Of a DNA stretch of 64,000 nt, positions 49,743 to 58,938 are shown one piece after another (the stretch's first letter is position 1; each line of letters starts with the position of its first letter). Location of the stretch: positions 387,970-451,969 of the forward strand of contig CAVUWA010000004.1 in assembly GCA_963744995.1 (NCBI GenBank), given 5' to 3'. The position numbers were made by a program, and so were the translations under genes. A model generated the notes under the pieces. The model was not told the DNA's origin. It saw nothing but the letters and a program-made list of their open reading frames with translations, and made no database searches. The DNA comes from Candidatus Eiseniibacteriota bacterium. Its GTDB lineage: Bacteria; Eisenbacteria; RBG-16-71-46.

Positions 49743-51050
49743 CAGCAGGCCTCCCTTCCGTGGCGCCCAATCCTCTCCGCCTCCCGCATCACCATCTCAT
49801 CCGAGATCCTCGCGTAGCGCTGCGTCGTCACGACCGACGCATGCCCGAGGATCTGCTGCAGCGTGGCTAGACTGCCGCCACGCTCCAACCACTGACACGC
49901 AAAGGTGTGCCGCGTCTGGTGCACGTGGAACCGCTCGATTCCGGTTGCCTTCCGGATCGCCTTCGCAAACGAGCCCGGCGAACCTTCAGCGAACCCCACC
50001 AACCGTCCCACGCGCATCCGGACCTCGCCCAGCACCTCCGGCGTCAGCGGAACGCGCCGCACCCGGCGAGACTTCGTGTGATGCACGAGCAGGAAGCCCG
50101 GCCCCACATCCGAAGCCTGTGCCCTGGTCAACTCGCCCCACCGGAGCCCCGTGGCCAGCGCGAGCCGGCACACGAAGCCGTGTGGCTCCGGCAGTGCTCG
50201 CAGAAGGTCTGCCTCTTCGTCCGTTAGCCGGTCAGGAGGCCGCTCCTGCAGCCTCGGCATGACCCGCCTCGGGAACGGGCAGCGATCCACGAGCCCCGCA
50301 TCCTCACACCACCGCAGGAAGCACCGCACGTCCGAGAGCAGGTGCCAGATCGACGTGACGCTGAGTCCGGAGCTCCGCTCGAGCTTGAGCCGGAACGCCC
50401 GCACATCCTCGCCCGTGACCCGCTCGAGGAGCATGTGCCCGAAGTACGGCGCCAGGTACTTGCGGAACCGATGGGCCGTCAGCTTCTGCCCCTTCGGGTT
50501 CCGTTGCGTCCGGACGTACGTCTCCAGCCACCGCTCCCCTGCCTGCCTCACCGTGAGCCGCGATTGCGCGAGCGGCACCGTGCCGATCAGGCGCGGCGGT
50601 GTCTGGGTCGGCAGGGCCGACCAGTCCGGCTCGCGCCTCAGCACGTCGGCGATCAGGTCCGATGCCGTCTCTCCCGCAAAAGTCGCGCGCCCGGCGAGGC
50701 ACTCGAAGAGCACGCATCCGAACGACCAGATGTCACTCCGACGATCCACGGGCATGCCGCGCGCCTGCTCAGGGCTCATGTATGCGACCGTCCCCACGAT
50801 CATTCCCGGGGTTGTCGCACCGGCGGCCAGCGTCATCGTGGGCGACTCGCTCAAGTCGCCGGCGGGCTCGGAGGCGGCTTCACCCCGCGCGAGCCCGAAA
50901 TCGAGCACCTTCGCAAGGCCCGAGTTCGAGAGCACGACGTTCGCGGGCTTGAGGTCACGATGCACGATGCCCCGTTCGTGCGCGGCTTCGATCGCACGCG
51001 CGACCTGGATCCCCGTGTCCAGCGCCTCGCGGATGGGCTGTGGTCCGGCA
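49742..51050 (-). mobile_element. Tyrosine recombinase fused in-frame to a truncated Hanks-type Ser/Thr kinase
   Basis: Kinase HRDLKPAN, DFG, GTVAYMSPEQ, DIWSFG (~51050-50590); recombinase ATGLRWGEL, TKS, HQTRHTFA, LGH, TTQRY (~50580-49742). Confidence 0.85.
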
Positions 51051-51571
51051 AGGCCGATCTGGCGGGCTTTAGCGCCGGGATGGACTCGACGGTACAGCGC
51101 GGCCTGCGGCAAGCCTTCGCAGATGGCATCGCATTAGAGGGCCTGACCGAAGCCGATCTGTCCCAGGACGAACTGACCATGCGCGATGACCGCATTGTCG
51201 AGGAACAGCAGCACATCACCGCGTTGGGCCAGTACATCACCGAACACAGCAAGGCCAGCGGCGCAAAGTTCGCAGAGGTCAGCGGGCGGATTGACCTGTG
51301 GGTGGCGCGCTACTCTGAAGTCCGCTATACGGGCCAGTTGGTGGCTGCACGGGACAAGAAGCTGGAATGGCGCTATGGAGACACCGAACACTGCCCGGAT
51401 TGCCTGATGCTCAATGGGCGGGTGTATCGTGCCTCAGTCTGGCTCAAGTGGGGGATCGTGCCCAGGAGCCATGTACTGAACTGCTTCGGAGGGCACTGCC
51501 AATGCGGATTTTATGAGACGGACAAGCCGATCAATAAAGGCCGTCCGCCTGCATTGAAGGGACCACATTGA
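51050..51571 (+). CDS. Phage minor head/morphogenesis-like protein (5'-truncated)
   Basis: KKLEWRYGDTEHCPDCLMLNGRVYRASVW...C..HCQC, resembling the Mu gpF/SPP1 gp7 C-terminus; lies before the protease. Confidence 0.6.
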   Translation, partial: KADLAGFSAGMDSTVQRGLRQAFADGIALEGLTEADLSQDELTMRDDRIVEEQQHITALGQYITEHSKASGAKFAEVSGRIDLWVARYSEVRYTGQLVAARDKKLEWRYGDTEHCPDCLMLNGRVYRASVWLKWGIVPRSHVLNCFGGHCQCGFYETDKPINKGRPPALKGPH

Positions 51572-53702
51572 TGAGCGTACAACCGCACAGCATCCTCTCC
51601 GGGCGTGCCGTCACCCTGGTCGATGAGATCCAGGGCGTCATTCGCGGCTATGTCGCCATCTGGGGCGATAGTGAGAACCGGGACAGCTACCATACCTGGT
51701 TCGACCGTGAGGCCCCCCCGAAATGGCGCTGGATTATGCACCATTCCCGCTGCACTACGAGCACGCGCAGGACGGCACGGTGCGCATGGAAATCATCGGC
51801 AGCGTGGAGCGCGTCTGGTTTGACGCCACCGGCATCGCCTTCGAGGGCAGCCTGGACCGCGCCAGCCCCTACTTTGATAAATTTGTTGGCGAACTGAAAC
51901 GCAAGGAACTGAAAACCAGCAGCGCCACCGCCGAACATCTGGCGGACTTTGACAGCGAAGGGCGCTTTGTAAATTGGGAACTGGTCGAACTGACCCTGAC
52001 GAAAACCCCGTCTGAATCCCGGATGCCCGCCGTTGAACTGGTGAGATCGAACGCAGAGCAGCGTACCCTTGAGGGCGCTGGCGACGATAGCCAATCCGCG
52101 ACGGACTCCGTTTCAATCGACAATCCGATAACAAAGGACAACCCTATGGACAACGAAACATTGGCCGATGGCATGGATGTGTCGTCTGCCGTGCAATCGC
52201 TGATTGACCAGTACGGCCTCGATGAGGTCATGGCGGTCTTGCAGCAGATGAGCGCGGGCGATACGGCCACCATGAGCGCCACCCTGAGCGAGGAACCGGG
52301 CCGCTCGCTGAACTTCAAAGCGGTCCAGGACGAACTTGCCCGGCGCAAAGAAAAAGCCGATGCACAGGCCAAAATCGACGCCTTGCGCGCCGATCTGGAC
52401 GCCCTCAAGGCCCAGCGGCAAGACGCGATGGCCGCCGCGCCGGAGACGGACACCACCCGCTCAGTGAACAACGGTGGGCAGGCGTCGGTGAGTGAACCGC
52501 GCAAATACTGGGGCCAGAGTGCCCAGGACCTGCTCTTTGCCTATCAGGTACTGCGCAGCGGCGGCAAAGCGCCCAGCGAAGAACTGATGCGCGTTATGTC
52601 CGCCCGCGCCGTGCGCGAGATCGAACTGCACAACCCGCAGTTTGACAATCCCGCCGTGCGCTCTGAAATGCCGCGCAACCTGCGCAGCGACGAGGTGGCG
52701 ATCTCAACAGCCGCCACCGGCGGCGATGAATGGGTGGGCGTGGCCTACTCATCGAACCTTTGGGAAAAAGCGCGCAATAACCGCATCTACCAGGATCTGG
52801 TCAGCAAGGGAATGCGTGTGGAGGAAATCCCGCAGGGCTTCGAGTCGATCTACATCCCGACCGAAGAAGCCGACCCGACCGTCTACACGGTGGCGCAGGA
52901 TGCCGACCTCGACAGCAACACCGGTGAACCGGATGTCAATATTCCGATCACCCGCATCGGCACCAACCGGGTCCAGTTGACCCCCGGTAATCTGGCGATG
53001 GCCGTCGCCTTCAGTTACATCCTGGAGGAGGACAGCCTGGTCCCGATTGCCAGCCAGTACAACCGGCAGATGGAAGAGAAAGCCGAAGAGACCATTGAGC
53101 AGTTGATGTTCAACGGTGACACGGCCACTTCCGGCAATATCAATCTGGACGGTGGCAGCCCCTCCGGCACGTACTACATGGCCTCCAACGGCATGATTAA
53201 ATACGCGCTGGTCACTGGCTCCGGCACCTCCCGCAACGCAGGTAGCCTGGATGATGACGACTTCCGGCTGCTGCGCGGTCTGATGCCCTCGGCCATTCGC
53301 GCCCGCAAGGACCGGCTGGTCTATGTGCTGGACAGCGAAGTCTACAATGTGGCCCTGGGTATTGAGGCCATCAAAACGGATGATGTGCGGCGTGAGAGCA
53401 GCACGCTTTCCAGCGGCGTGGTCGATGTCACCTACGGCATCCCCGTGCTGGAATCCGGGTTCATCCTGAGCGCAGACAGCGACGGCAAGATCACCAGCGG
53501 CGGCAACGTGGCTGAAACCGGGCGTCAACTGCTGGTCTATCCGCCTTTCTGGGCGATGGGCTGGAAGCGTCGGGTGATGATCGAAACCGACCGCAAAGCG
53601 CTTGAGCAGGCGACCGTGATTGTGGCCTCCTTCCGTGTCGGCTTTATGCCACGCGGGGCAGGGGCTGCGGTCATTAACTACAACATCACGACGGGAGTCT
53701 AA
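51571..53702 (+). CDS. Prohead protease-scaffold-major capsid protein fusion (frame change at C7 run 51713-51719)
   Basis: IRGYVAIWG...RDSYHTWF (HK97-type protease start), then LHYEH...IGSV...GIAFEG...ELTLTKTP; coiled-coil linker; HK97-fold-like C-terminus (ILEEDSLVP, MFNGDT, YGIPV). Confidence 0.75.
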
Positions 53703-53704
53703 TC

Positions 53705-54379
53705 ATGACTGGCGGAACTTACATCCTGCGGCGCACGAATAAAGCCCTGCGCCTCGGTAAGGCCGCCCCAGCTAGCTCCGCGCTCCTCATGGGCGCGGGG
53801 CAGTCTACGGCTGGGACCCGTGAAACCACCGACGAGGCGGATAGTAACTTTATCGAGTTCCGCTTCGAAAACTCGGCGACCTCCGGCGATAACCGGGGCC
53901 TCTATAACCGGTTGTATCTGACCGGCGCGGGCAGCGGTGGCGAATCGCTGCGCAGCTTTACAACGGTGGAGGACGTGGCCGGGGGTACAGCGCACGGCGC
54001 GCACATCTCCCTGAATTTTGGGGCATCCGGCTCGATTACCGGGCTGGGCGTGGCGGTACGCGGGACGCTTCAAATCCCCGATGCAGCGCTAAGCGGCGGC
54101 ACCTATGCGGCGCTCCAGGCTGAAATCTGGGCCGACGGCGATAGTTCGGACATCTCTGGCGCGACAGCACATTCCTTCCTGCGCCTCGTGGCCGGGGGTA
54201 GTGCCACCGGACTGGCGACGATTGATACCGTCCTGGACCTGACCGGCCTTCCGGCAGCAGGCGATGGCGATATCATCAATACCAACGCCACGATCATCGG
54301 CGGCGCTGCGTATGCCGCGCTCAAGTGTATCCTGCCGGGCGGTGTGGTGAAATACCTGCACCTGTTCGACGCGAGCTAA
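53705..54379 (+). CDS. Phage hypothetical protein (possible head decoration protein)
   Basis: Gly/Ala/Thr-rich protein directly after the capsid gene. Confidence 0.6.
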   Translation: MTGGTYILRRTNKALRLGKAAPASSALLMGAGQSTAGTRETTDEADSNFIEFRFENSATSGDNRGLYNRLYLTGAGSGGESLRSFTTVEDVAGGTAHGAHISLNFGASGSITGLGVAVRGTLQIPDAALSGGTYAALQAEIWADGDSSDISGATAHSFLRLVAGGSATGLATIDTVLDLTGLPAAGDGDIINTNATIIGGAAYAALKCILPGGVVKYLHLFDAS

Positions 54380-54381
54380 GC

Positions 54382-54594
54382 ATGACACGCCAGCAGCTTG
54401 AACAGCAGTTGAATACCATGCGGCAGCAGGAGTCTCGCTTGCAGCAGCAAGTCGAGGCCATCACCGAACAGCTCCTCATGACACGCGGCGCGGTTCAAGT
54501 GCTGGACCATCTCATGAACACCTGGGAAGGCGACGAAACGCTGTCGCCTTCCTCAGACCATTCCTCAGAGGAGACTGCCGATGGCCCTGATTGA
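54382..54594 (+). CDS. Small coiled-coil phage protein
   Basis: Gln-rich helix, coupled to neighbours. Confidence 0.55.
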   Translation: MTRQQLEQQLNTMRQQESRLQQQVEAITEQLLMTRGAVQVLDHLMNTWEGDETLSPSSDHSSEETADGPD

Positions 54595-54949
54595 CTATGT
54601 GTTAGACATCCTGACTGATGAAAATGGCGACGCGACGGTCGTGGGCGATTCGGCCATCAACGGTTTTCTGGTCGAAATTGCCTGGGTCGATGGCACGCTG
54701 GCTGATGGCGTCGGGGCAGTCATTTCCATGACCCAGACGCCGGAGGGCGTAGACAAGACCCTGCTGACCCTGACCGCCGCCAACGATGATGCTGACTACC
54801 GGATTGCATTGGCCCGCCACGACAACGCGGGCGCTGCGATTGATGGGCAGTACGCCGTTGAGCCGCCGATTATGGGCGTGCCGAAGGTCGTGGTAGCCGA
54901 TGGCGGCAACGCCAAGACCGGCAAAGTCGTGTTCAAATACTACAAATAG
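54581..54949 (+). CDS. Phage hypothetical protein
   Basis: GAGGAG RBS, 122 aa. Confidence 0.65.
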   Translation: MALIDYVLDILTDENGDATVVGDSAINGFLVEIAWVDGTLADGVGAVISMTQTPEGVDKTLLTLTAANDDADYRIALARHDNAGAAIDGQYAVEPPIMGVPKVVVADGGNAKTGKVVFKYYK

Positions 54950-54958
54950 GAGAGACGT

Positions 54959-55330
54959 ATGGCGCGCATTCGTGTGACCCATGACTATCGCGGATTCAAC
55001 ACTGGCGAGCGCAGTATCTGGCCCGGCGAGTATGACAGCGCCGACCCGAAATTGTTCGGCCTGGCCCACTACCTGCTGGACAACGGCCATGCAGTGGCGG
55101 TTGAGGCTGGCGACGTGCCGCCGACTGAGGCGGTGGTCGAGAGCGAGACCGTTGAGGACACAGTCATTGAAATGGTGACTGAACCGGACTATGCCGCCTG
55201 GCCTGTCGATGAGCTGGAAGGCTACGCAAAAGCGGTGGGCATCTACGAATCCATCGAGGGCAGCGGCGCAAATGGCAATGTCCTGAAAGCGGACCTGATC
55301 GCTGCCGTTGAGGCGCACGAGGCTGAGTAA
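54959..55330 (+). CDS. Phage protein with a C-terminal small helical domain (HeH/E3-binding-like)
   Basis: AGGAG RBS; C-terminal ELEGYAKAVGI...IEGSGANGNVLKADLI. Confidence 0.65.
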   Translation: MARIRVTHDYRGFNTGERSIWPGEYDSADPKLFGLAHYLLDNGHAVAVEAGDVPPTEAVVESETVEDTVIEMVTEPDYAAWPVDELEGYAKAVGIYESIEGSGANGNVLKADLIAAVEAHEAE

Positions 55331-55839
55331 TGCCCGTTCGTGTAGACCCACTGTTTGATTTCACGGCCATTGATAGCCTGACTGAGTTCATGGCAGCCTT
55401 TCCTGAACTGGCAGTAGAGGTCGTGGAAAAGGCGTTCAAGCGTGATATTGAGCCGGACCTGTTGGACGAATTGCAATACTATCCAGGACCGTCCCTCAAC
55501 AGCCTGAACAGCAGTCAGCCCTTCGTCTGGTCTGTAGACCCAGAGGCCAATGCCCGCGCGCGCCGCTGGTGGTTTGCCAATTTCCCACAGGGGCGGCCTC
55601 GCACGAACGCCTTAGCCGATGCCTACGAAGTCGATACTCTGGTGGGTGATGGGGCGATCTTCATGTCAGTACGCAATAACAAAAAGTATTACAAGTGGGT
55701 CAAAGGAAAGCGCCAGATTCCCGGCCACGCCCGCACCGGATGGGTGCTGGATAAGCCCACGCTGGACTTTTGGGCCGAAGCCACGAAAGAAGTGGTCTAC
55801 GATGCGGTGCTGGGTTTAGTCACTGAAGGAAAGTTCTGA
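55330..55839 (+). CDS. Putative neck protein (HK97 gp10-like)
   Basis: YYPGP, RRWWFAN, RTNAL, YYKWV, HARTGW; position in the module. Confidence 0.5.
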   Translation: MPVRVDPLFDFTAIDSLTEFMAAFPELAVEVVEKAFKRDIEPDLLDELQYYPGPSLNSLNSSQPFVWSVDPEANARARRWWFANFPQGRPRTNALADAYEVDTLVGDGAIFMSVRNNKKYYKWVKGKRQIPGHARTGWVLDKPTLDFWAEATKEVVYDAVLGLVTEGKF

Positions 55840-56714
55840 TGCCGCCTCAATTTGATCTGACCACCCTGACCAATGTCCGCCGCACCCTTTTGCAGCAGAA
55901 TATCACCTCCGTCAGCGACAACAGCGATGATGACCTGCTCAAGCGCTTTATTGCGCAAGCCTCTGCCGTCGCTCTGCGGCGCAGTGGCCGGAGCTTTGTG
56001 CCTTACCTCGATACGCGCCTGCTGGACTTCTACAGCAGTTATCACCTGAACCTCGATGCCGACCTGCTGGAAGCGACGGCGATAACCAACGGCAATGGGG
56101 AAAGTATCAGCCTGAGCGATGTGCGCTATCTGCCTGCCAACGAGACGCCGAAATGGCGTATCTCCTGCAAACGTTCTTCTGGCACCACCTTTCAATGGCA
56201 GGATGATCCTGAGCAGGCCATCGAAGTCACCGGCATCTGGGGCTATCACACCGATTATGCCAATGCCTGGGTCGATACCCTGGCCGTAATTCCGGCAGGG
56301 GACTTGAGCAGCAGCGCTACCACGACGACCACGCCCGACGCGGCGGCCTTAGACGCTCATGGACAGCCTGCTTTTGAGGTCGGCGGCCTGTACCGGATTG
56401 ACAGTGAATTCGTTAAGGTGGTGGGGGTGACGTTGCAAACTGACCCCACACCGGACGATCTGACGATCCGGCGGGCACAACTCGGCACGACAGCAGCGGC
56501 TCACAGTGCCGGAGCGGCGATTGAGCGCTGGCAGGTCTTGCCGGGCATGGAACAGTTAGTCGTGCGTCTCGTGACCTGGAGTTATCAGCACCGTGACACC
56601 GTCAATTCATTGGAATTCCTGGATACCGGCGTGGTGCTGCAAGACAAGAGCATCCGAGACATCTTCAACGGCCTTGACAACTATCGTAAACCCCTGGTGA
56701 TCGGCGTAGCCTGA
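55839..56714 (+). CDS. Putative head-tail adaptor
   Basis: TTLTNVR...DDDLLKRFIAQAS...GRSF, IEVTGIWGY; position in the module. Confidence 0.6.
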   Translation: MPPQFDLTTLTNVRRTLLQQNITSVSDNSDDDLLKRFIAQASAVALRRSGRSFVPYLDTRLLDFYSSYHLNLDADLLEATAITNGNGESISLSDVRYLPANETPKWRISCKRSSGTTFQWQDDPEQAIEVTGIWGYHTDYANAWVDTLAVIPAGDLSSSATTTTTPDAAALDAHGQPAFEVGGLYRIDSEFVKVVGVTLQTDPTPDDLTIRRAQLGTTAAAHSAGAAIERWQVLPGMEQLVVRLVTWSYQHRDTVNSLEFLDTGVVLQDKSIRDIFNGLDNYRKPLVIGVA

Positions 56715-57202
56715 TGGCAACTCGTGGTGCAATTCGTGCGCGTATAGCCGCCATGTCCTTAGAGGCACTCAGTACAAAGAACTGTAAGAACGCCACCGCC
56801 TACAAACCGCGCACTATCCAGACCGCGCGCCTGCCCTGGGTCTATACCCAGCGCGCACGCGCCCAATACGACTGGCAGCAGTATGGGACCAACTCCTTCG
56901 CTGAACTGGTGAACATGGAACTGGTCGTGGTCATTGCGCAGATGAGCCTGGGGCTGGTCGGGCAAGCCGAGCAGGAAGCCGACGAATACTTTAACCTGCT
57001 GCAAGATTATCTGGGCGCGCATTACATTACCACGATAGACGGTCTGGCAACGGGCGAACAAATCACCCTGACAATGCCGGGCGATCAGGGCCTGCGGCAG
57101 GTTGTTTTTGATGACAATAACTATTTCGCGGCAGTTATGAATCTGGCAGTAGCGCACGAACGCACGATTGAATATGCAGGCATAGAGCCTCAAGGAGCGT
57201 AA
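56714..57202 (+). CDS. Putative tail terminator/completion protein
   Basis: Size and position just before the tail tube gene. Confidence 0.45.
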   Translation: MATRGAIRARIAAMSLEALSTKNCKNATAYKPRTIQTARLPWVYTQRARAQYDWQQYGTNSFAELVNMELVVVIAQMSLGLVGQAEQEADEYFNLLQDYLGAHYITTIDGLATGEQITLTMPGDQGLRQVVFDDNNYFAAVMNLAVAHERTIEYAGIEPQGA

Positions 57203-57205
57203 CCA

Positions 57206-58075
57206 ATGGCATCACCAAAGAAGGTTATTTTCGCAAGTCTGTCCTATGCCTGGTATGGAAAACTGGCATCGGGCGCATATTACCCGGCAGGGCTGACTGG
57301 TTCGCTGACCCCCGGCGCAGCCACTGGCGGCGGTCTGGTCCGCCTGCAAGGGATGAAGCAAGCCAGCCTGACCCTGCCGGAAAGCACCCGCGTCACCCAG
57401 ACCGGGGATGCACAACCGCAGGGGACCTTCATCTTTGCGCCGGTTGAGGATGTCACCGGGCAGATTACGATGGGTATCCTGGACCTGGATTATGAGAACA
57501 TGGTTCAGGGGACACTGGCCTACAATCTGAACAATCTGCAAATTAGCCCGATGGCCCCTGGAGACCCGGATTTCGTGGATCATCTGATGCTGATCTCGCG
57601 TCCGGCCAAGTCCAAAGAGGCGGCCACGACCGGCCTGGGGCGCTGGCTCAATTATCTGGTGCCGATCATGAACGCTTCGCCGCGCGGTGACAGCGGCATT
57701 TCTGAGCGTGAGCTGGCCGATGCGCTCTATGATCTGGTGGGCAACAAAACAGGAACCTTCCCCTGGGGTGATGCCCTGGACTCGGCCAACGTCGGCACGA
57801 CTGAGGCGGCAGCTTTCAGGATCATCTCGGAATATCCGCTGATGATTGATGTCTTCGTTTCCGATAACAGCGAGACCGAATACACACTGAGCAAGATACC
57901 GGTCGGTGATATGGACAGCGTGTACTTCAACTCCTTCGATTATTCGGACGGATCGGATGCGGATGACGAACTCACCAGCGTATCGACCACAACCGGCCTC
58001 GTGACCTACACGTCGGCGATTGCGGACAATGCTGTGCGTTTGTTCCTGTATCAGTGGGATCCGGCGGCCAATTGA
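57206..58075 (+). CDS. Putative major tail tube protein
   Basis: AAGGAG RBS; 289 aa beta-rich protein upstream of the chaperone and tape measure genes. Confidence 0.55.
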   Translation: MASPKKVIFASLSYAWYGKLASGAYYPAGLTGSLTPGAATGGGLVRLQGMKQASLTLPESTRVTQTGDAQPQGTFIFAPVEDVTGQITMGILDLDYENMVQGTLAYNLNNLQISPMAPGDPDFVDHLMLISRPAKSKEAATTGLGRWLNYLVPIMNASPRGDSGISERELADALYDLVGNKTGTFPWGDALDSANVGTTEAAAFRIISEYPLMIDVFVSDNSETEYTLSKIPVGDMDSVYFNSFDYSDGSDADDELTSVSTTTGLVTYTSAIADNAVRLFLYQWDPAAN

Positions 58076-58497
58076 TGGATACCAGGACCATCGTTCACGG
58101 TTCGCTTTGTGTTGAGGTCGGCGAAATGCGCTATGGCGATGAGCGCCGCTTTCACGTGCTGGCCGGTAAGTTGGGTGAACTATCGCCGGTCAAGGACTTG
58201 AAGCCCAAGCAAAAAGCGGACCAATACGCGATTTTGCTCGAATACGATCTGGTCAAGTTCGCCTACGCGGTGGCGCAGACGCGCAGTCATGCCGGTTTTG
58301 ATATGCCGGTTGTCACCGATACGCCCCGGCAGATCATGGATATATTCGAGACCCTGGACAATCTGCCCGCGAGCTTTGTCAACGACTGGTTCGATGCCGC
58401 CGAGGCTCTGCGCGCGCCGGTAGACAAGGACCTGGGGCCAGCCGAAACGCTCAGCAAGGGCCAAAAAAAAGTAGCCGCATCCGCCAGCGACGCATAG
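58075..58497 (+). CDS. Tail assembly chaperone (gpG-like)
   Basis: Between tail tube and tape measure; ends ...GQKK over an A8 slippery run. Confidence 0.7.
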   Translation: MDTRTIVHGSLCVEVGEMRYGDERRFHVLAGKLGELSPVKDLKPKQKADQYAILLEYDLVKFAYAVAQTRSHAGFDMPVVTDTPRQIMDIFETLDNLPASFVNDWFDAAEALRAPVDKDLGPAETLSKGQKKVAASASDA

Positions 58498-58781
58498 CCG
58501 CACGAACCTACCTATATGAGCAAGCTGAGCGCGATGTCCTGGCAGAACGCCATGAGTTAGAAGGCGAGGACATCACACTCGGCGAAGACTGGGGCGTCTA
58601 CAACGACCCCAAAGACATCGTATTCACGGCGCGTGTGATCCACCAAAGCAAGTGGGCCTGCCTGCCGGAGGCCGGCGGATTGAACGACCAGCCGGCCTCA
58701 ATGATGCACGATGTTATGCAGTATTTCAGGGTCAAGGGCTATATTCATGCTGAACTGGCACAGGGAGATCGTGATGAGTAA
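58075..58781 (+). CDS. Tail assembly chaperone -1 frameshift product (gpGT-like)
   Basis: A AAA AAA at 58464-58470. The -1 frame is open for ~103 codons (SSRIRQRR...LPEAGGLNDQPASMMHD...GDRDE, stop 58779-58781) with no start codon near its 5' end. Confidence 0.8.
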
Positions 58782-58929
58782 ACGACCGAAGAAAGCCACC
58801 CTGGCGCTCGTGTTAGCCCTGCTGGTCCTGGCTGCTGCTGTGGTCCTGCTGTTGAGCATGGCCGGGCGCGGTGGGTTATCTGCGAATGAACTGGCGACGG
58901 CGCAGGCATTGTGCCGTCTGAGTTGTTGA
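58774..58929 (+). CDS. Small single-TM phage protein
   Basis: MSKRPKK plus a ~20-residue hydrophobic stretch; overlaps the gpGT stop. Confidence 0.55.
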   Translation: MSKRPKKATLALVLALLVLAAAVVLLLSMAGRGGLSANELATAQALCRLSC

Positions 58930-58938
58930 GGATTTCAC

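Noticed and set aside
50342..51571. 409-aa ORF spanning the junction
   Set aside because: The first ~235 aa are antisense to the kinase/integrase; only the part after ~51050 looks like a phage protein.
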